A stretch of DNA of 64,000 nucleotides from Octopus bimaculoides (taxonomy: Eukaryota). Shown one piece after another: positions 22,236 to 35,613 of the stretch. Under the pieces are notes generated by a model, which made no database searches, was not told where the DNA came from, and saw nothing but the letters and a program-made list of their open reading frames with translations. The position numbers and the translations under genes were made by a program. Positions within the stretch are counted from its first letter, which is position 1; each line of letters opens with the position of its first letter. Location: contig NC_068984.1 in the NCBI RefSeq assembly GCF_001194135.2, positions 114,303,322 through 114,367,321 on the forward strand, in the 5' to 3' direction.

Positions 22236-25200
22236 CAACAATAATATTAGTCTATTTATATAACATTGAAAGCTAGGTCTTTAGATGTGCTTGTGCTTTT
22301 GAGTAGCTAAACTAGATTTCAAGGACTGAAGAGAAAGGAAAAAAATTGTTTTAACATTTTTGTTCTGTTCAACTATAAAGAAGGCAAGCAAGTGTGAATT
22401 ACCATTCATATAAAACAACCATTCAGCTGATTTTTGCATTCAGAATTTCAGTATTCCAACTTTTTTTTTTTTTTTTTTTTTTTTTGTGATAAGACAGACA
22501 CAAGATTTCATGCTAACTATATCTAGATTTCATTGATTCCAGCCATCCATATAGGAACTTTCCAGAAGAGAACTTAAAGATTGAATAAAATATTTTTAAA
22601 AAACCATTAACATAATTTCCTGAAAAATCAGAATTTTACAGTACATACAAATCTAAATTCAAATATGAATCTATACTAAAATCTAAGAAAAACAAATGAT
22701 CCATGCAGTTAAAATTCTACTCCAATAATAAAAAAAAAGAGGATATATTTATTGGATACTAACTAAATAAAACTGAATTTATCATATTCAACTTAGAAAA
22801 CAGATTTACAGATAGAGAAAGGTTTACAATCTGCAAAAATTCTTCTTTTTTTTTTTTGTGAGAAACATTCTATTTTGATATTCAGCAACCTTCTACAGGA
22901 TTATTATATTCCCGTACATTAGACTTATTATATATTCCTGTACATTAGACTCATTATATATTCCTATACATTAGACTCTGAAATATTATAGGTTTTAGAA
23001 ATATAAATGATAAACCATTCATCCATCTATCCATCCATCTCTGTCCACTATTCCAAGAAAGGTTGTTGGGGTAGAATCTCAGGCACTTCCTCCAGTATCT
23101 GGGGTTTAAACAACTCACATATGTTAAGGATGTTGTATTGATAATCTTTCTAATATGGATAGTATTAGGGAACACAAGAAGTGCAAGCACAGCCTGGATA
23201 TCTTCTTTTAGATTTGTGGATTATTTGGTATTGCAAAGCCACAACAGCTCGATGTGGTTTTTGTTAGAAGAGAATATTTTACATATCCATCCATCCATCT
23301 TCTGCCCCCACCCCCTTTTCTTCCTGGGAGGGTCATGGGGGTGTAGAGTTTTAGGCATCTCTTCCATAAGGCCCGATCAGAAGCAACTATCATTAGATAT
23401 TCTGGCAGGATTCCCAAGTACAACCGAGACTATGGATATTATCCAACCATCTTGTTCTTGATCTATCCCTAGGTCTCCTGCTGGCTGGCTTGGTTTGAAG
23501 AATCTGTCTTGCAATTCTTTCCTGTGACATTCTAATCACGTCCATAGTACCAGAGCTGTGACCCCCTCAATGTGGAGAAGTAATGGCTCAACCTATAGAG
23601 ACTTACTGATCTCTTGAGCCAAGGACTCTATTGAGTAACATTACTCCAAAGACACTTCAGAGGAACTCCATTTTGACGACTTGCATTTGCAATCATATTC
23701 TTTCAGCCATTACCCAACATTCATGACCAGTCAAGGTTAAATCACAAGTTGAGCTTGAAGAGACAAGAATATGACTTGATTCCTTGTCATAACTACTTCC
23801 CTGTTAGAAGAAATGTACACTTTGAAGTTCTTTAGATTGTCTGTTAATATTGGCTGAACTAAGAACGATGAAAATTTTCATTACATGACAAAATGAATGA
23901 TGGATATAAGTATATGTTGCTGGGAATGAGTTCAAACCTCACTAGAGATATTATACGGCTTCTCATCAAGGCACTTACTCAGCTTGCTTCAGGCCTAAAA
24001 CAGGTTTCAATCTTACTTCATGGCTAATAGTAGAAAGAACACGGAGTTATTGAAATAACAATTCTGGAAAACAGTTTATAGCAGAGACACCATCTAAGAA
24101 TATCTGAAGAAGGAATTGTATTCCAAAATATCATTGGACTATAGATAACTAAATTACAACAGGTATATAGTCCATTTTTTGTATTATAGTGCATTGTTGT
24201 ACCATTCAAAACTTTTTATTCTTTACAAACAATTCTAAAATAGACAACAACCTATACTAGCATAGAGAACTTGAAATATAAAATATAAAAAGGACATTTA
24301 CCCCTAAATCACAAACTATTTTTACTTCCACTATAATTATACTCATTCACAGACATGAAGACTATAATGCAGTGTTTATAAACTGGCAAGTAAGAATAGG
24401 AAAGCAATAAATGTCAATATTGTGGAAAAAAATATAAGAAAGCTGTCTATTTAGTGGTAAACAATGAGAAGTTTGAAACTCTAGTATCAAAAATATTCAT
24501 TTTGTTCTATTCCAGCCATAATGAAAATATTCTACTAGGAAGAATCATGGAATCCTGTTACCAAACTTTGGTTTATGGAAAAGAAATACAACTTCATCAT
24601 TTCACAAATTCCAAATGATGACTACGATTGCTGGACAACAATAAGTGAAACTTTTAAATGAGGAATGGTTGTGGAAAGAATACTGAACTTAAGGCACTAA
24701 TTTGCCTTCACCCATGAACCAATATGACATCTTTTCAGTGGTCACTTGATCAATTAGAAATAACCAAATCTTAACTAGAGCAATGTGAAATGAAGTGTTT
24801 TTGTTCAAGTACCCAGTGTACCATCCAATCTAGGAATTGAAACCATAGTCTTACAATTGTGAGTGCAACACCCAAACCACTAGGTCATACACCTTCACAT
24901 CTCTTCTGACTACGTCTTTAAAAAAATAAAACAAAAATTAAAAAAAAAAGTTGTTTTCTTAGAGATGTTTTAGATGAATTGAAAAAATAGATTGAGGTAG
25001 AAATAAAGGGTAACAAATGGGAAATTTATGCTTTCAGGCTCTGTCGGTGAGATTGAAGAATGAAAGGGTAGCAGAAATACAGGGTGTCACTTTGGCAGTT
25101 TAGCAGTTAATGGAGTGAATTTAGGCTAAGTAAAAGTTAGAATTAATTGACAAAAGCTGAGTGAAACTGAGCAGTAATATGGCCAGAGATAGGATAAAAT

Positions 25201-25394
25201 GAAGAAGTAATTTGTGCNNNNNNNNNNGGGGGGGGGACTGGAATCTTCATGTCTTTATTAACAACTTAAATATGATAAATGAAATAAAATGACTTCAACT
25301 GGGAAATGAAATCAAATTGCAGATCAGTATCTTGGAAGCTTATAAGAGATTAACCAACTTACCAATCAGCCCTAAGACTCACAAAGCCACTTAC

Positions 25395-25418
25395 CCAGTT
25401 TTCGTGGCATACAAGCGA
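25395..25418 (-). CDS. Candidate 24-nt microexon of the - strand gene
   Basis: gatttcag|TCGCTTGTATGCCACGAAAACTGG|gtaagt; read phase 2-2 (RLYATKTG) it joins the terminal exon in frame. Confidence 0.3.
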
Positions 25419-25561
25419 CTGAAATCACATTTCCATTGAATGGGACACCAGTCCATTCACAAGGTTCAAAGCCAGAAATTTTGAGGGGAGGGGGTAAGTC
25501 GATTACTTCAATCTAAGGGATAAAAGGTAAAACTGACCCTAGTAGAATCCGAATTCACAAT

Positions 25562-25890
25562 GTATGTTGTTGTTGGCACTCCGTCGGTTACGACGACGAG
25601 GGTTCCAGTTGATCCCATTAATGGAACAGCCTGCTCATGAAATTAACGTGCACAGACACGTGTACCCTTAACATAGTTCTCGAGGAGATTCAGCGTGACA
25701 CAGTGTGACAAGGCTGGCCCTGATGAATTACAGGTACAACAGAAACAGGAAGAAAGAGTGAGAGAAAGTTGTGGTGGAAGAGTATAGCAGGGTTTGCCAC
25801 CATCCGCTGCCAGAGCCTTGTGGAGCTTTAGGTGTTTTCGCTCAATAAACACTCACAACGGCCAGTCTGGGAATCGAAACCGCAATGTAT
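25562..25890 (-). mobile_element. tRNA-derived SINE, third family
   Basis: Close match to 52918-53249 and to the reverse complement of 28560-28885. Confidence 0.8.
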
Positions 25891-26479
25891 AAAGCAGGAA
25901 GAAATGCTGCTAAGCATTTTGCCCAATGTGCTAACAACTCCGTTAGNNNNNNNNNNNNNNNNNNNNNNNNNNNNNNNNNNNNNNNNNNNNNNNNNNNNNN
26001 NNNNNNNNNNNNNNNNNNNNNNNNNNNNNNNNNNNNNNNNNNNNNNNNNNNNNNNNNNNNNNNNNNNNNNNNNNNNNNNNNNNNNNNNNNNNNNNNNNNN
26101 NNNNNNNNNNNNNNNNNNNNNNNNNNNNNNNNNNNNNNNNNNNNNNNNNNNNNNNNNNNNNNNNNNNNNNNNNNNNNNNNNNNNNNNNNNNNNNNNNNNN
26201 NNNNNNNNNNNNNNNNNNNNNNNNNNNNNNNNNNNNNNNNNNNNNNNNNNNNNNNNNNNNNNNNNNNNNNNNNNNNNNNNNNNNNNNNNNNNNNNNNNNN
26301 NNNNNNNNNNNNNNNNNNNNNNNNNNNNNNNNNNNNNNNNNNNNNNNNNNNNNNNNNNNNNNNNNNNNNTTGTCTCTGTTGAAAGATTTCACTATTTCTA
26401 GAATATCTGAACACATTAAAACCACTAAATATGGTGAGCCAAGAATGATATATTCTATTGCATTTCCCTTTTAATCTTT

Positions 26480-26669
26480 TATCTTTTACTTACTTCAATT
26501 ACTGGACTGGCCATGGTGGAACACCACAATGAAGGTTTAGTCAAACAAATCAACTGCAGTACTTCTATTTTTTGAGTCTGGTACTTACTCTTTCAGTCTC
26601 TTTTGCCAAACCACTAAGTTATGGGAATGTAAACAAACCAACACCAGTTGTCAAGCAGCAGAGGGGAGA

Positions 26670-26712
<43 letters not shown>

Positions 26713-26868
26713 CAGCATTCCACAGTTTCTATTTACCAAATTCACTCACAAGGCATTAGTCAGCCCAAGGCTATAATGGAAGACACTTGCCCATGGTGCC
26801 ATGCAGTGGGACTGAACCTGAAACCACAGAGTTGTTAAGCAAGCTTCTTAACTACACAGCTGTGCCTA
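26480..26868 (-). mobile_element. tRNA-derived SINE (OR-like)
   Basis: Complete body, (CA)n and head as in the other copies. Confidence 0.8.
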
Positions 26869-27106
26869 TTGAATTTAATTTTATTTTAATTTTAGTTATA
26901 TACTGCTTAATTATTAAAACTGAATTATTCAATAAAGTAAAACAAAAATAAAACCTCAGCTATCTACTATTATTTTAAACTGAAGAGCTGTTTCCGATTA
27001 ACTGGGTTTTATACAGAATTTGAAATTACTAGAAATTGCTCTGTGGAAATGGACAAAGAAGAAATACAGTTAAATTTTAGTTGCTCCCTTGGAAGATAAA
27101 GATTAA

Positions 27107-27328
27107 CCCTTTCCTTACTAACCCGGCTGAAACTGCCTTTGGCTCTGTAGTACAAATGTCTTGTTTTCATAAGTTTTGAATTAAAATCTTCCACCAAACT
27201 TTAGTCACAATTTATGCTCCTAACACTAACTTAATGATAACTAAGTTATTTTACTAAATTCATTGCTATATTTAAAATTAATTGAAAGAAACACAAAGCA
27301 TCTCAAAATAAATACAGTAACGAAAGGG
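27107..27328. mobile_element. 222-bp piggyBac-type MITE
   Basis: TTAA at 27103-06 and 27329-32; termini CCCTTT/AAAGGG; sister copy at 55093-55314. Confidence 0.85.
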
Positions 27329-27665
27329 TTAAAGTTCTGCTGAGAATTCTAGAATTCTACTATTCTATTCACTAGTTACTTTTAACTACTTGTAGACGAA
27401 ATGTGTAGCCAAAGAGAAAGCTGCATTTTGTAACACGGATGAGTAAAAAAAAAAAAAGGATTAAAAAATGGAATTGTTAATATAGAAGGAAAAAGGGATA
27501 TTACTTTTTGCTTAAAAGCTTGGTAAGGAATGTAAAAGCTGAGCAAGTAAGTGGCTTAGTTAGGTAACCATTCTAAGAACATGACTGGTAAGTAGGTCAC
27601 ATGCAGGATATAGATTAAGCTACAATTTTGGTATTTAAGATACCAACAAATAGTGTTAAAGATAC

Positions 27666-27699
27666 CTTGAATTCATCTTGGCTTTTGTCTGATGATAAC
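27666..27699 (-). CDS. Candidate 34-nt exon of the - strand gene
   Basis: aatctttacag|GTTATC...TTCAAG|gtatct; phase 1 to 2 (YHQTKAKMNS) fits the 24-nt microexon; the donor is weak. Confidence 0.2.
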
Positions 27700-28559
27700 C
27701 TGTAAAGATTTTTTAATAGATAACAAACCCAATACCCATAATGAAATGTTCAATGATTTAACAATGAAAAAAATAAAGATTAAGAGCAGTTAATGAATAA
27801 TTACAAACAAACAAGCATACAAACAAATATAAAAATCAGCCAAAAAAAAAAATAATTAGAGAAAGCACATATGCATAAATATAATCAAGTATCATCATTA
27901 ATTATTTTAACATCTACTTTAAGGTGATATTTATTTCCCCATGACCAGACATGTTTACAAGGAAAATCGGAAACAAAATACACCACTTGCATAATAGTGA
28001 CGTCATCATCCTCATTGTCATTTAACATCCGTTTCCCATGTTGGCACAGGTTGTTTCGGCTTGGTTTCTACAGCCGGAGGTCCAAGCCAAAATAGACCGT
28101 GGAACCTGGTGTGGCCTCTAGCTTTGCCAGTTCCTGTCAAACTGTCCAACCCATGCCAGCTGGCGTGGGTTTGATGACTTGACACTCATGTCAAGGCAAG
28201 GAAACAGTAAAACTCACACACACACACACATATATAAAATGGGCATGTTTTAGTTTCCATCGACCAAATCCTCTCACAAGGTTTTAGTTGGTCCAGGGGA
28301 TATAGTAAAAGATACTTGCCCAAGGTGCCACACAGTGGAACTGAACCCAGATCCATGTGATTAGGAAGCAAACTTGTAATCACACAGCCATACCTATGCC
28401 TCCATAATCTCATTAATTATTCTTCTCAATGTTCTTGTTATTGTTGGTGTTGTTCTTATAGATTATACAATTGGAAAGCCAGACGTAGATGCAGTGTTTT
28501 GTAGTGAGTTCCAGGTTCAAATCTTGCTCAAGAGGATTTTTTCCCTTCCTCATCTACTG

Positions 28560-28885
28560 AAGGGATCATGTGGCTTAGTGGTCAGGGTACTTGGCTCTTG
28601 ATCTTAAGGTTGTGAGTTCAATTCGCAGTAGTGTGTTGTGTTCCTGAGCAAGACACTTTATTTCATGTTGCTCTAGTCCACTCAGCTTGTAAAAATGAGT
28701 GGTACCTGTATTTCAAAAAGGCCAGCCTTGTCACACTCAGTGTCATGTTGGATTTCCCTCAGAACCTCGTTAAGGGTACATGTGTCTGAGGAGTGCCCAG
28801 CCACTTGCACATCAATTTCACAAGCAGGTTGTTCCATTGATCAGATCAACTGGAACCCTCATTGTCATAACCGACAGAGTCCCAG
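28560..28885 (+). mobile_element. tRNA-derived SINE, third family
   Basis: A-box-like tggcttagtgg, B-box-like gagttcaattc, CORE-like tgttcctgagcaagacacttt. Confidence 0.75.
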
Positions 28886-29810
28886 TCAGTTAGTTAGTGA
28901 AGGAATAGGCAGCTTTATTTTTATAGTAACCCACTTTTCATCTTTCTTTCTCTTTTTTTTTTTTACATTTACTGATGGCTCACATGTGTATTATATCATA
29001 TGATTATATTTGTATGAGCTGACAGAATTCATTGAAGAAGATTATTTATAACCAGATGCCCTTACAGTTGCCAACCTTCACCAGTTTTCCAGCAAGGTAA
29101 TATCCCCAATATCTGGACAAGTTTTTGCAGAAGTCTGGAAATGAGGGACTTCACTTATATGGCAGTGAAGTTCGTTTATAGCTATCTTGTGATATCAAGG
29201 AGAAAAAAAGGAGACATATATGACAAGTTTCTTTCACTTCCTGTAGCTTTGTCATGCTGATTCTGCTTGAAGATAACATTATGAATACAAATGTCTGCAG
29301 GATATTCAGCCACTTACATTGTAATTCAATGAAGAGGCAGTATGTTGATCAATTTCATTCCATTTCTCATTCTTCATAAATATGTGTGTGCATGTATAAA
29401 CAGACATGTATTCATGTTAATGCGTGTGTGTGTTTCAATTTTTGTTTTAAGGGTTTTGGTCATTAAATGGGAGACATGTTAGGGGCCTCACCATCAAGAT
29501 TCTTTTTAGTCAATTAGGGTACTTTGCCTCTATTTGTTTCAACAATCTCTTCAAAAGCAAAGTAAACCTGGTTCTAAGGGGACAGAACTTTTAAAGTACT
29601 ATAATATCAAATATGACACTACTGTTGTCCCACACCCTGATTCTGCCATTCTTCCTTGATACACAAACGCACACACAAGACAAGTTGGCCTGAGACAATG
29701 ATAGAAGACTAACTCAAAGTGGTCCATGATGGGATTGAATTTGGAATCATACTGTCATATTTGTACTGACATATATAAACCACTATGTGTCTGGGTGCCA
29801 GTCTACAAAT

Positions 29811-30508
29811 TTGAAATCAAAATCAAACTAAATTTGTAGACTGGCACCCATGCCAACGTCTCTTCATTGAACACTAAACTCGGCTTGTGAAGACCTGTTG
29901 GGGCAAGCGAAAGCGAAATCGTGATGGCACCTGTACCAGTAGATCACTAAGAGCACCGTCTGAACGTGANNNNNNNNNNNNNNNNNNNNNNNNNNNNNNN
30001 NNNNNNNNNNNNNNNNNNNNNNNNNNNNNNNNNNNNNNNNNNNNNNNNNNNNNNNNNNNNNNNNNNNNNNNNNNNNNNNNNNNNNNNNNNNNNNNNNNNN
30101 NNNNNNNNNNNNNNNNNNNNNNNNNNNNNNNNNNNNNNNNNNNNNNNNNNNNNNNNNNNNNNNNNNNNNNNNNNNNNNNNNNNNNNNNNNNNNNNNNNNN
30201 NNNNNNNNNNNNNNNNNNNNNNNNNNNNNNNNNNNNNNNNNNNNNNNNNNNNNNNNNNNNNNNNNNNNNNNNNNNNNNNNNNNNNNNNNNNNNNNNNNNN
30301 NNNNNNNNNNNNNNNNNNNNNNNNNNNNNNNNNNGCACCTACTACACTCTCGGAGTGGTTGGCGTTAGGAAGGGCATCCAGCTGTAGAAACTCTGCCAAA
30401 TCAGATTGGAGCCTGGTGTAGCCATCTGGTTCACCAGTCCTCAGTCAAATCGTCCAACTCATGCTAGCATGGAAAGCGGACGTTAAACGATGATGATGAT
30501 GATGATGA
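29811..30508 (+). mobile_element. RTE 3' UTR and (ATG)n tail spanning a gap
   Basis: 29811-29920 matches the 3' UTR repeat at 14612-14805; 30335-30508 is the tail ending in gttaaacgatgatg. Confidence 0.8.
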
Positions 30509-31083
30509 CATGTTTCAGTCATTTGATTGCAGCCAAGCTGGAGCACATGCGTTTCCAATTAATCTTTTACTCATCATAAATAATATCAATTCTGTTATTG
30601 TATTACATTAATTTAGTTGTTTTTAACACCAGATCTAAATGAAATACACAGAAATATGAGTGTAAACTTCATATTTGTCTTGAACTGTCAAATCAGAACT
30701 GACTTCTAATGTATTCTTGGGATACCATATTAGTGGTCTGGCACTGTCTTCTTCTGGAGTTTAAATCTGTCTCAAAAGAAGGATTGGGCTATCTTTTGAG
30801 ACTCAAGTGTTCTGACCAAAGACAGGACATAAACAATTGTCAATTAGGTTGAGTTAGATCACGTTGTATAAAGTTTTGTGGATGTAAAAATATGCCCATA
30901 TCTTCAGATATTCTGAATGTCTGAGGCACATACATCCATACAGAGATCATAAACTGCCTTAAAAGCATTGAGGCTGTTCCATTATACACTATTTCTGAAT
31001 CTGTCCTTTCCATAGTATAGCTGATTATACTTTATCCTGGAACTCATTATAAAAACATAGGGAGAACGAAAGTATATGTGCGT

Positions 31084-31118
<35 letters not shown>

Positions 31119-32984
31119 AATTTTCATCATTTTCTATTTATTTTCTTTAACAAAAAAATAAACACGAGAACCAAAAGCCACAAACCATGCTGAAAAGGTA
31201 CCATGCAATATCAACACATTCTTAAATGCCCAAATGAACAAATAATAATTAGAAAAATTAGGAAAAAAGACATGCTCAAAATGGGTTATAAAAAGGGGGA
31301 AAAATTGAGCTGGTTTACATTGTACTAAATTCATTTTGATCCATCATTATTATGAATAACCTTTGTAGTATGTTAATTTTCTGCTAAATAATTATATCAA
31401 GTTTTTATTTATTTGTTTTTTGTAGTTGTTGAGTATTTTCAAAATAATTTTTATGACTTTTGATCTTAATGAAACTCAATGGCTTACTTTCCTTAATAGT
31501 TTATAGAACCTAAAGGTTAAACGACTATTCAGGGATTTAGATTTAAGATAGTTACAAAATCTCAAAATTTGGCCATGCTTGTATGAATATTATTAGCTGC
31601 TCATAATATTAAAAACCTACTTTTATTTATGTATTTGTTTAATAAGTGTCTTTGGTATATCATAATCTTTTTGATACCGATCTGCCTGAAACTATCCCTG
31701 GTTCAATGATACAAATTCCTATTTTAAAGTGGTCTAAATTAAAACTTTCTGTGAAAAATTCATGATAATTTTTGTTCTAAACACCAGTTTAATAATGAAA
31801 AAGTTATTTTACTATATTCTTCATTATTTTCAAGATGAATTGAAGTAAAGGCAACATATTTATTTTGTCACTGTTTTAGAAATATGGCAAGAAAAAACTT
31901 AAGTGTATAATTTTTTTTTGACAGAGAAATCAAAGTATCTGAAAATTTCTAAAAACCCAATCATATTGTTTCTGCTAACTTTTTAGAATAGATAAGAATG
32001 GTTGCAGGTTCAGATACAATGTTGGTAATGTAGTTACGTCCCAGAACAAAATATTTTACTCAAGTTGATAACTCAGCTGTCACAAACACACAACAGTTTG
32101 ATTTGATCGTAGAATAATTAGTCATACAGAAAACAAGTTGTAAAGTCATTCTTCACTTGTAGATTCTTTCAACTAGTGGGGAAAACAAGAGTAAATTATA
32201 TCATCACCATCATAGTTTTAACATCTACTTTCCTATGCTTGCATGGATTAGACAGGATTTGTTGAAGCAGATTTTCCATAGCTGGATGCCCTTCCTGTCA
32301 TCAACCTTCACTTGTTTCCAAGCAAAGTAATTTTTTCCTCGTGACTGAACATGTTTTCACAGAAGTTTAGAAACAAATGACATGTTATGTAACAATAAAA
32401 CTTGTTTACAACTATTGTATAATGTCAAGATAAGGTGACACTAATACACACACACACACACACAAACTGGTTTCTTTCAGTTTCCATCGACCAAATCCAC
32501 TCAGAAGGTTCTGATCCACCCAGGCCTATAGTAGAAGACACTTGCCCAAGATACTATGCAGTGAGACTGAACCTGAAACCATGATGTTGGTAAGCAAATG
32601 TCTTAACCACACACCATGCCTGCACCTAAACATGCATACATACATACATATACATATATGTGTATAGGTATGGTTGGATGCACTCAATACATGACAATCA
32701 AACTACCTAGGTATTGGCTCTAATGTTAATCTTGTTGAATTCCCACTGTTACTTGTACAAACAGGTTGTCTGTATCTGAGAGTAGTCTGTGATGTGTTAC
32801 CAAATACTGAAACATATGTAACAATTAGAATAAAAGAGTACCAAGTTGTGCCTATATATATATATATATATATATATATAGATAGATAAGTAACTTAAGA
32901 CTGTGTTAAAAATGTAACACCTTAAGTATCCTGGATTAAAAACTAATAGTTTGAAAGTTATTTTAGACTGGATAATGATAAATT

Positions 32985-33332
32985 GTCGTCATTTAACGTC
33001 CGCTTTCCATGATAGCATGGGTTGGATGATTTGACTGAGGACTGGTGGATCAGGAGGCGACACCAGGCTCCAATCTGATTTGGCAGAGTTTCTACAGCTG
33101 GATGCCCTTCTTAACGTCAACCACTCCGAGAGTGTAATGGGTGTTTTACGTGCCACCGGCACGAGGGCCAGTCAGGTGGTACTGGCAACGGCCATGCTCG
33201 AAATGGTGTATTTTATGTGCCACCTGCACAGGAGCCAGTTCATCGGCACTGGCAACGATCTCGCTTGAATGTCTTTTCACGTGCCAAAAAAAAAGACATT
33301 CAAGCGAGATCGTTGCCAGTGCCGATGGACTG
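32985..33332 (-). mobile_element. RTE tail copy with a fold-back inverted duplication at its 5' junction
   Basis: Tail on - to 33277; 33291-33332 is the reverse complement of 33236-33277. Confidence 0.85.
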
Positions 33333-33515
33333 AATTGTACTAGAATTATAGAGTTACTATAACAAAATATTATTGCTAAAATGATCTGTGCTGAGTATGG
33401 CCCTCATGACATTAATGATACATGTGAAGGCTACAATTTATTGCATACTGGGAAGCTTAAGGCTACAAATGTTCCCTGGATCATCTCAAGCTATGTATGA
33501 TGAGTGCAAACCTAC

Positions 33516-33575
33516 CTGCATCTTTCTGGTCGGCTTAAAATTATCTGTTGCAGTAAATCCATCAACCAATATGAC
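33516..33575 (-). CDS. Candidate 60-nt coding exon (phase 0-0), VILVDGFTATDNFKPTRKMQ
   Basis: tttttctataagttag| acceptor and CAG|gtaggt donor; open frame; 63-nt intron to the preceding exon. Confidence 0.5.
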
Positions 33576-33638
33576 CTAACTTATAGAAAAACTGTGATGT
33601 GAACAGGAGGATGAAAGATACCAGATATGAAGCCATAC

Positions 33639-33848
33639 GTTAGCAGGCACTGAAATATTCTCACAGTTTGTTCCAAAGTTATTAGGGCTAACAGAGTCCC
33701 AGTTCTCTCTTGAACAACTCATCTGAAATTCCTTAAGGCCACATGCCAAATTCTTTGCTAAACACATTCTTAACCCTAATCTTGTTGATGGTATCTCTGT
33801 ACAGGTCTTATATGGTTCCCACAAGCCATTCATCATTACGTAGTCATT
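33639..33848 (-). CDS. 210-nt coding exon (phase 0-0)
   Basis: gctgatctttag| ... AAC|gtatgg; 70 open codons NDYVMMNGLWEPYK...NISVPAN; phase matches the 35447 exon. Confidence 0.7.
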
Positions 33849-35446
33849 CTAAAGATCAGCAGACAACAGAGCATAGCACTTTGATTTTAGGTCAATGAAT
33901 AGTAGACACAGTAGCTTATTCTCAGTTAAAAGCTTCTCTTGTAGTTGTCTCACTATGAATATGACAGTGGTGGTATTGTGTTTTGAACCGCATCACATCT
34001 AAGATAATTCTCTTCCTAGTCCATTGTTCTATATCTCTTTCAGTTAATTTCATAAATTGGTCCCTCAGTTTGAAGTTTCTGTCATCACTTCTTTCTAGAT
34101 CATCTCTTTTGTTCTTGTTGCAGCTCATGGATGATGCTACAATGCCAGTCATAGAGTATGATAGCTTGCTACACACACACACATACAAACACACAAATAT
34201 AATGCATAAATAAAATACAGAATGTGACAATGTACTCACTGAGAGATAATCAAATGGAGATTTTCTTTGAACTTGTTATATTCTGTTTCTTCAAAGGGCT
34301 ACAAAATATCAAACATATGAGAGGTAAGGAGTGAAAGGTGGCTGTGTGCAGGATGGGAAAGGCAGCTGAAAGAACCTCTTGTTGGCTTTGGAGCAAGAGA
34401 GAGGAGTTAAGCTGGAAGCCAGGAGGAGATGAGGAGCATTGACTTGGCCACCTCTGCTGACCCACCAACAGGAGGGTGTTACAGTTCAGGGTTGAAACTC
34501 CCGATGAATGTTGGACACTATTTGATGATATCAGTTCCTCCTGACCAAGACTCCATTCACTTTGGTGAATGGAAAAAGCACCTCCTTATAGATGTTATTA
34601 ACACATGATATATACAAGATGACAAGCCAATTGGAAAGTCTTTGTGCAGTCACATGATCTGCTAGAAATAGAAGGTAAAATCTCCATTAGATCACATACT
34701 ACTGTCCTTAAAATAGGGAAAACAAAAAGATAGAATGATTACAGCTTGAAACTCTTTAATGACAGGTCTATTTGATTAAAGGTAAACTGGCACTAAAAAA
34801 CAATATATAAGGCAGAACATTTCTAGAACTGCCTTAAATTTAGTAATTCTTTCATAAATCTCAAGGATCCAGGGAAGCAGTGCTCAACATAGGTTTTGGT
34901 AAGGTTAAGTGCATGTGGAATGAACTGGCTAGCAAAGTACAATAACTAGTCTAGCTCATACGACTTTCACAGAAAGGCCTGTTCCTCCATAGCTAGGTGA
35001 ATCTGATGAACTGTGTTGCTTGATAGCGACTCACTCAGCAACATAATAAAATAACTTTAGGAAGCTATACAAACTCATGATCCATGAACCAGAAATTAAA
35101 TTTCTTTTCCACAGTTATTTTGCTTGTACTCCTGTATTATTATCATGAAGCTTTTACTTCATTTTCCTTTTCCTTCATACACACAAATTCACATATTAAT
35201 AAATACATACCCATACACACATGCATCAATCAGCATTATTATCATTGTCTTTACATTCTCTTCTCCAATATTTGTGTAGGATAGATAGAACTCAGTGAGG
35301 CAGATTCTCTACAGCCAGATAATCTTTCTTGTTGCTAAACCCTCACTTGTTTCTAACTAAAGTAATATTTTCCCTAGTCCCTCCACACACACACACACAC
35401 AAAAATAAAATAAAATAGAATAAAATAAAAAATCTAAATTACATAC

Positions 35447-35613
35447 CTGAGGTGTATGTCTGGCATTTTCATAGAGAAGAACAACATTGCGTATTAGTTC
35501 AAGGGATACTTTAGTGAGAATTCCCTTTGTATGTAAACGGTACAGGTATTGACGAACTGTTTCAGTGGGATGTCGTTCTCCATTATCAATGTCATGTTTT
35601 ACAATCTCCTCTT
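35447..35613 (-). CDS. 167-nt coding exon (phase 1-0)
   Basis: aatgtatcttcag| ... CAG|gtatgt; open frame EEEIVKHDIDNGERHPTETVRQYLYRLHTKGILTKVSLELIRNVVLLYENARHTPQ; joins the 44205 exon in frame. Confidence 0.8.

Noticed and set aside
22901-22978. Three copies of a 26-bp unit
   Set aside because: Plain minisatellite with no spacers; not CRISPR-like. No CRISPR array or prokaryotic segment was seen in the window.
27998-28005. TGACGTCA (CRE-like)
   Set aside because: Part of a decayed (CAT)n retroposon tail with no promoter context.
32038-32172. - strand segment with good acceptor and donor
   Set aside because: All three frames contain stops; not a coding exon.
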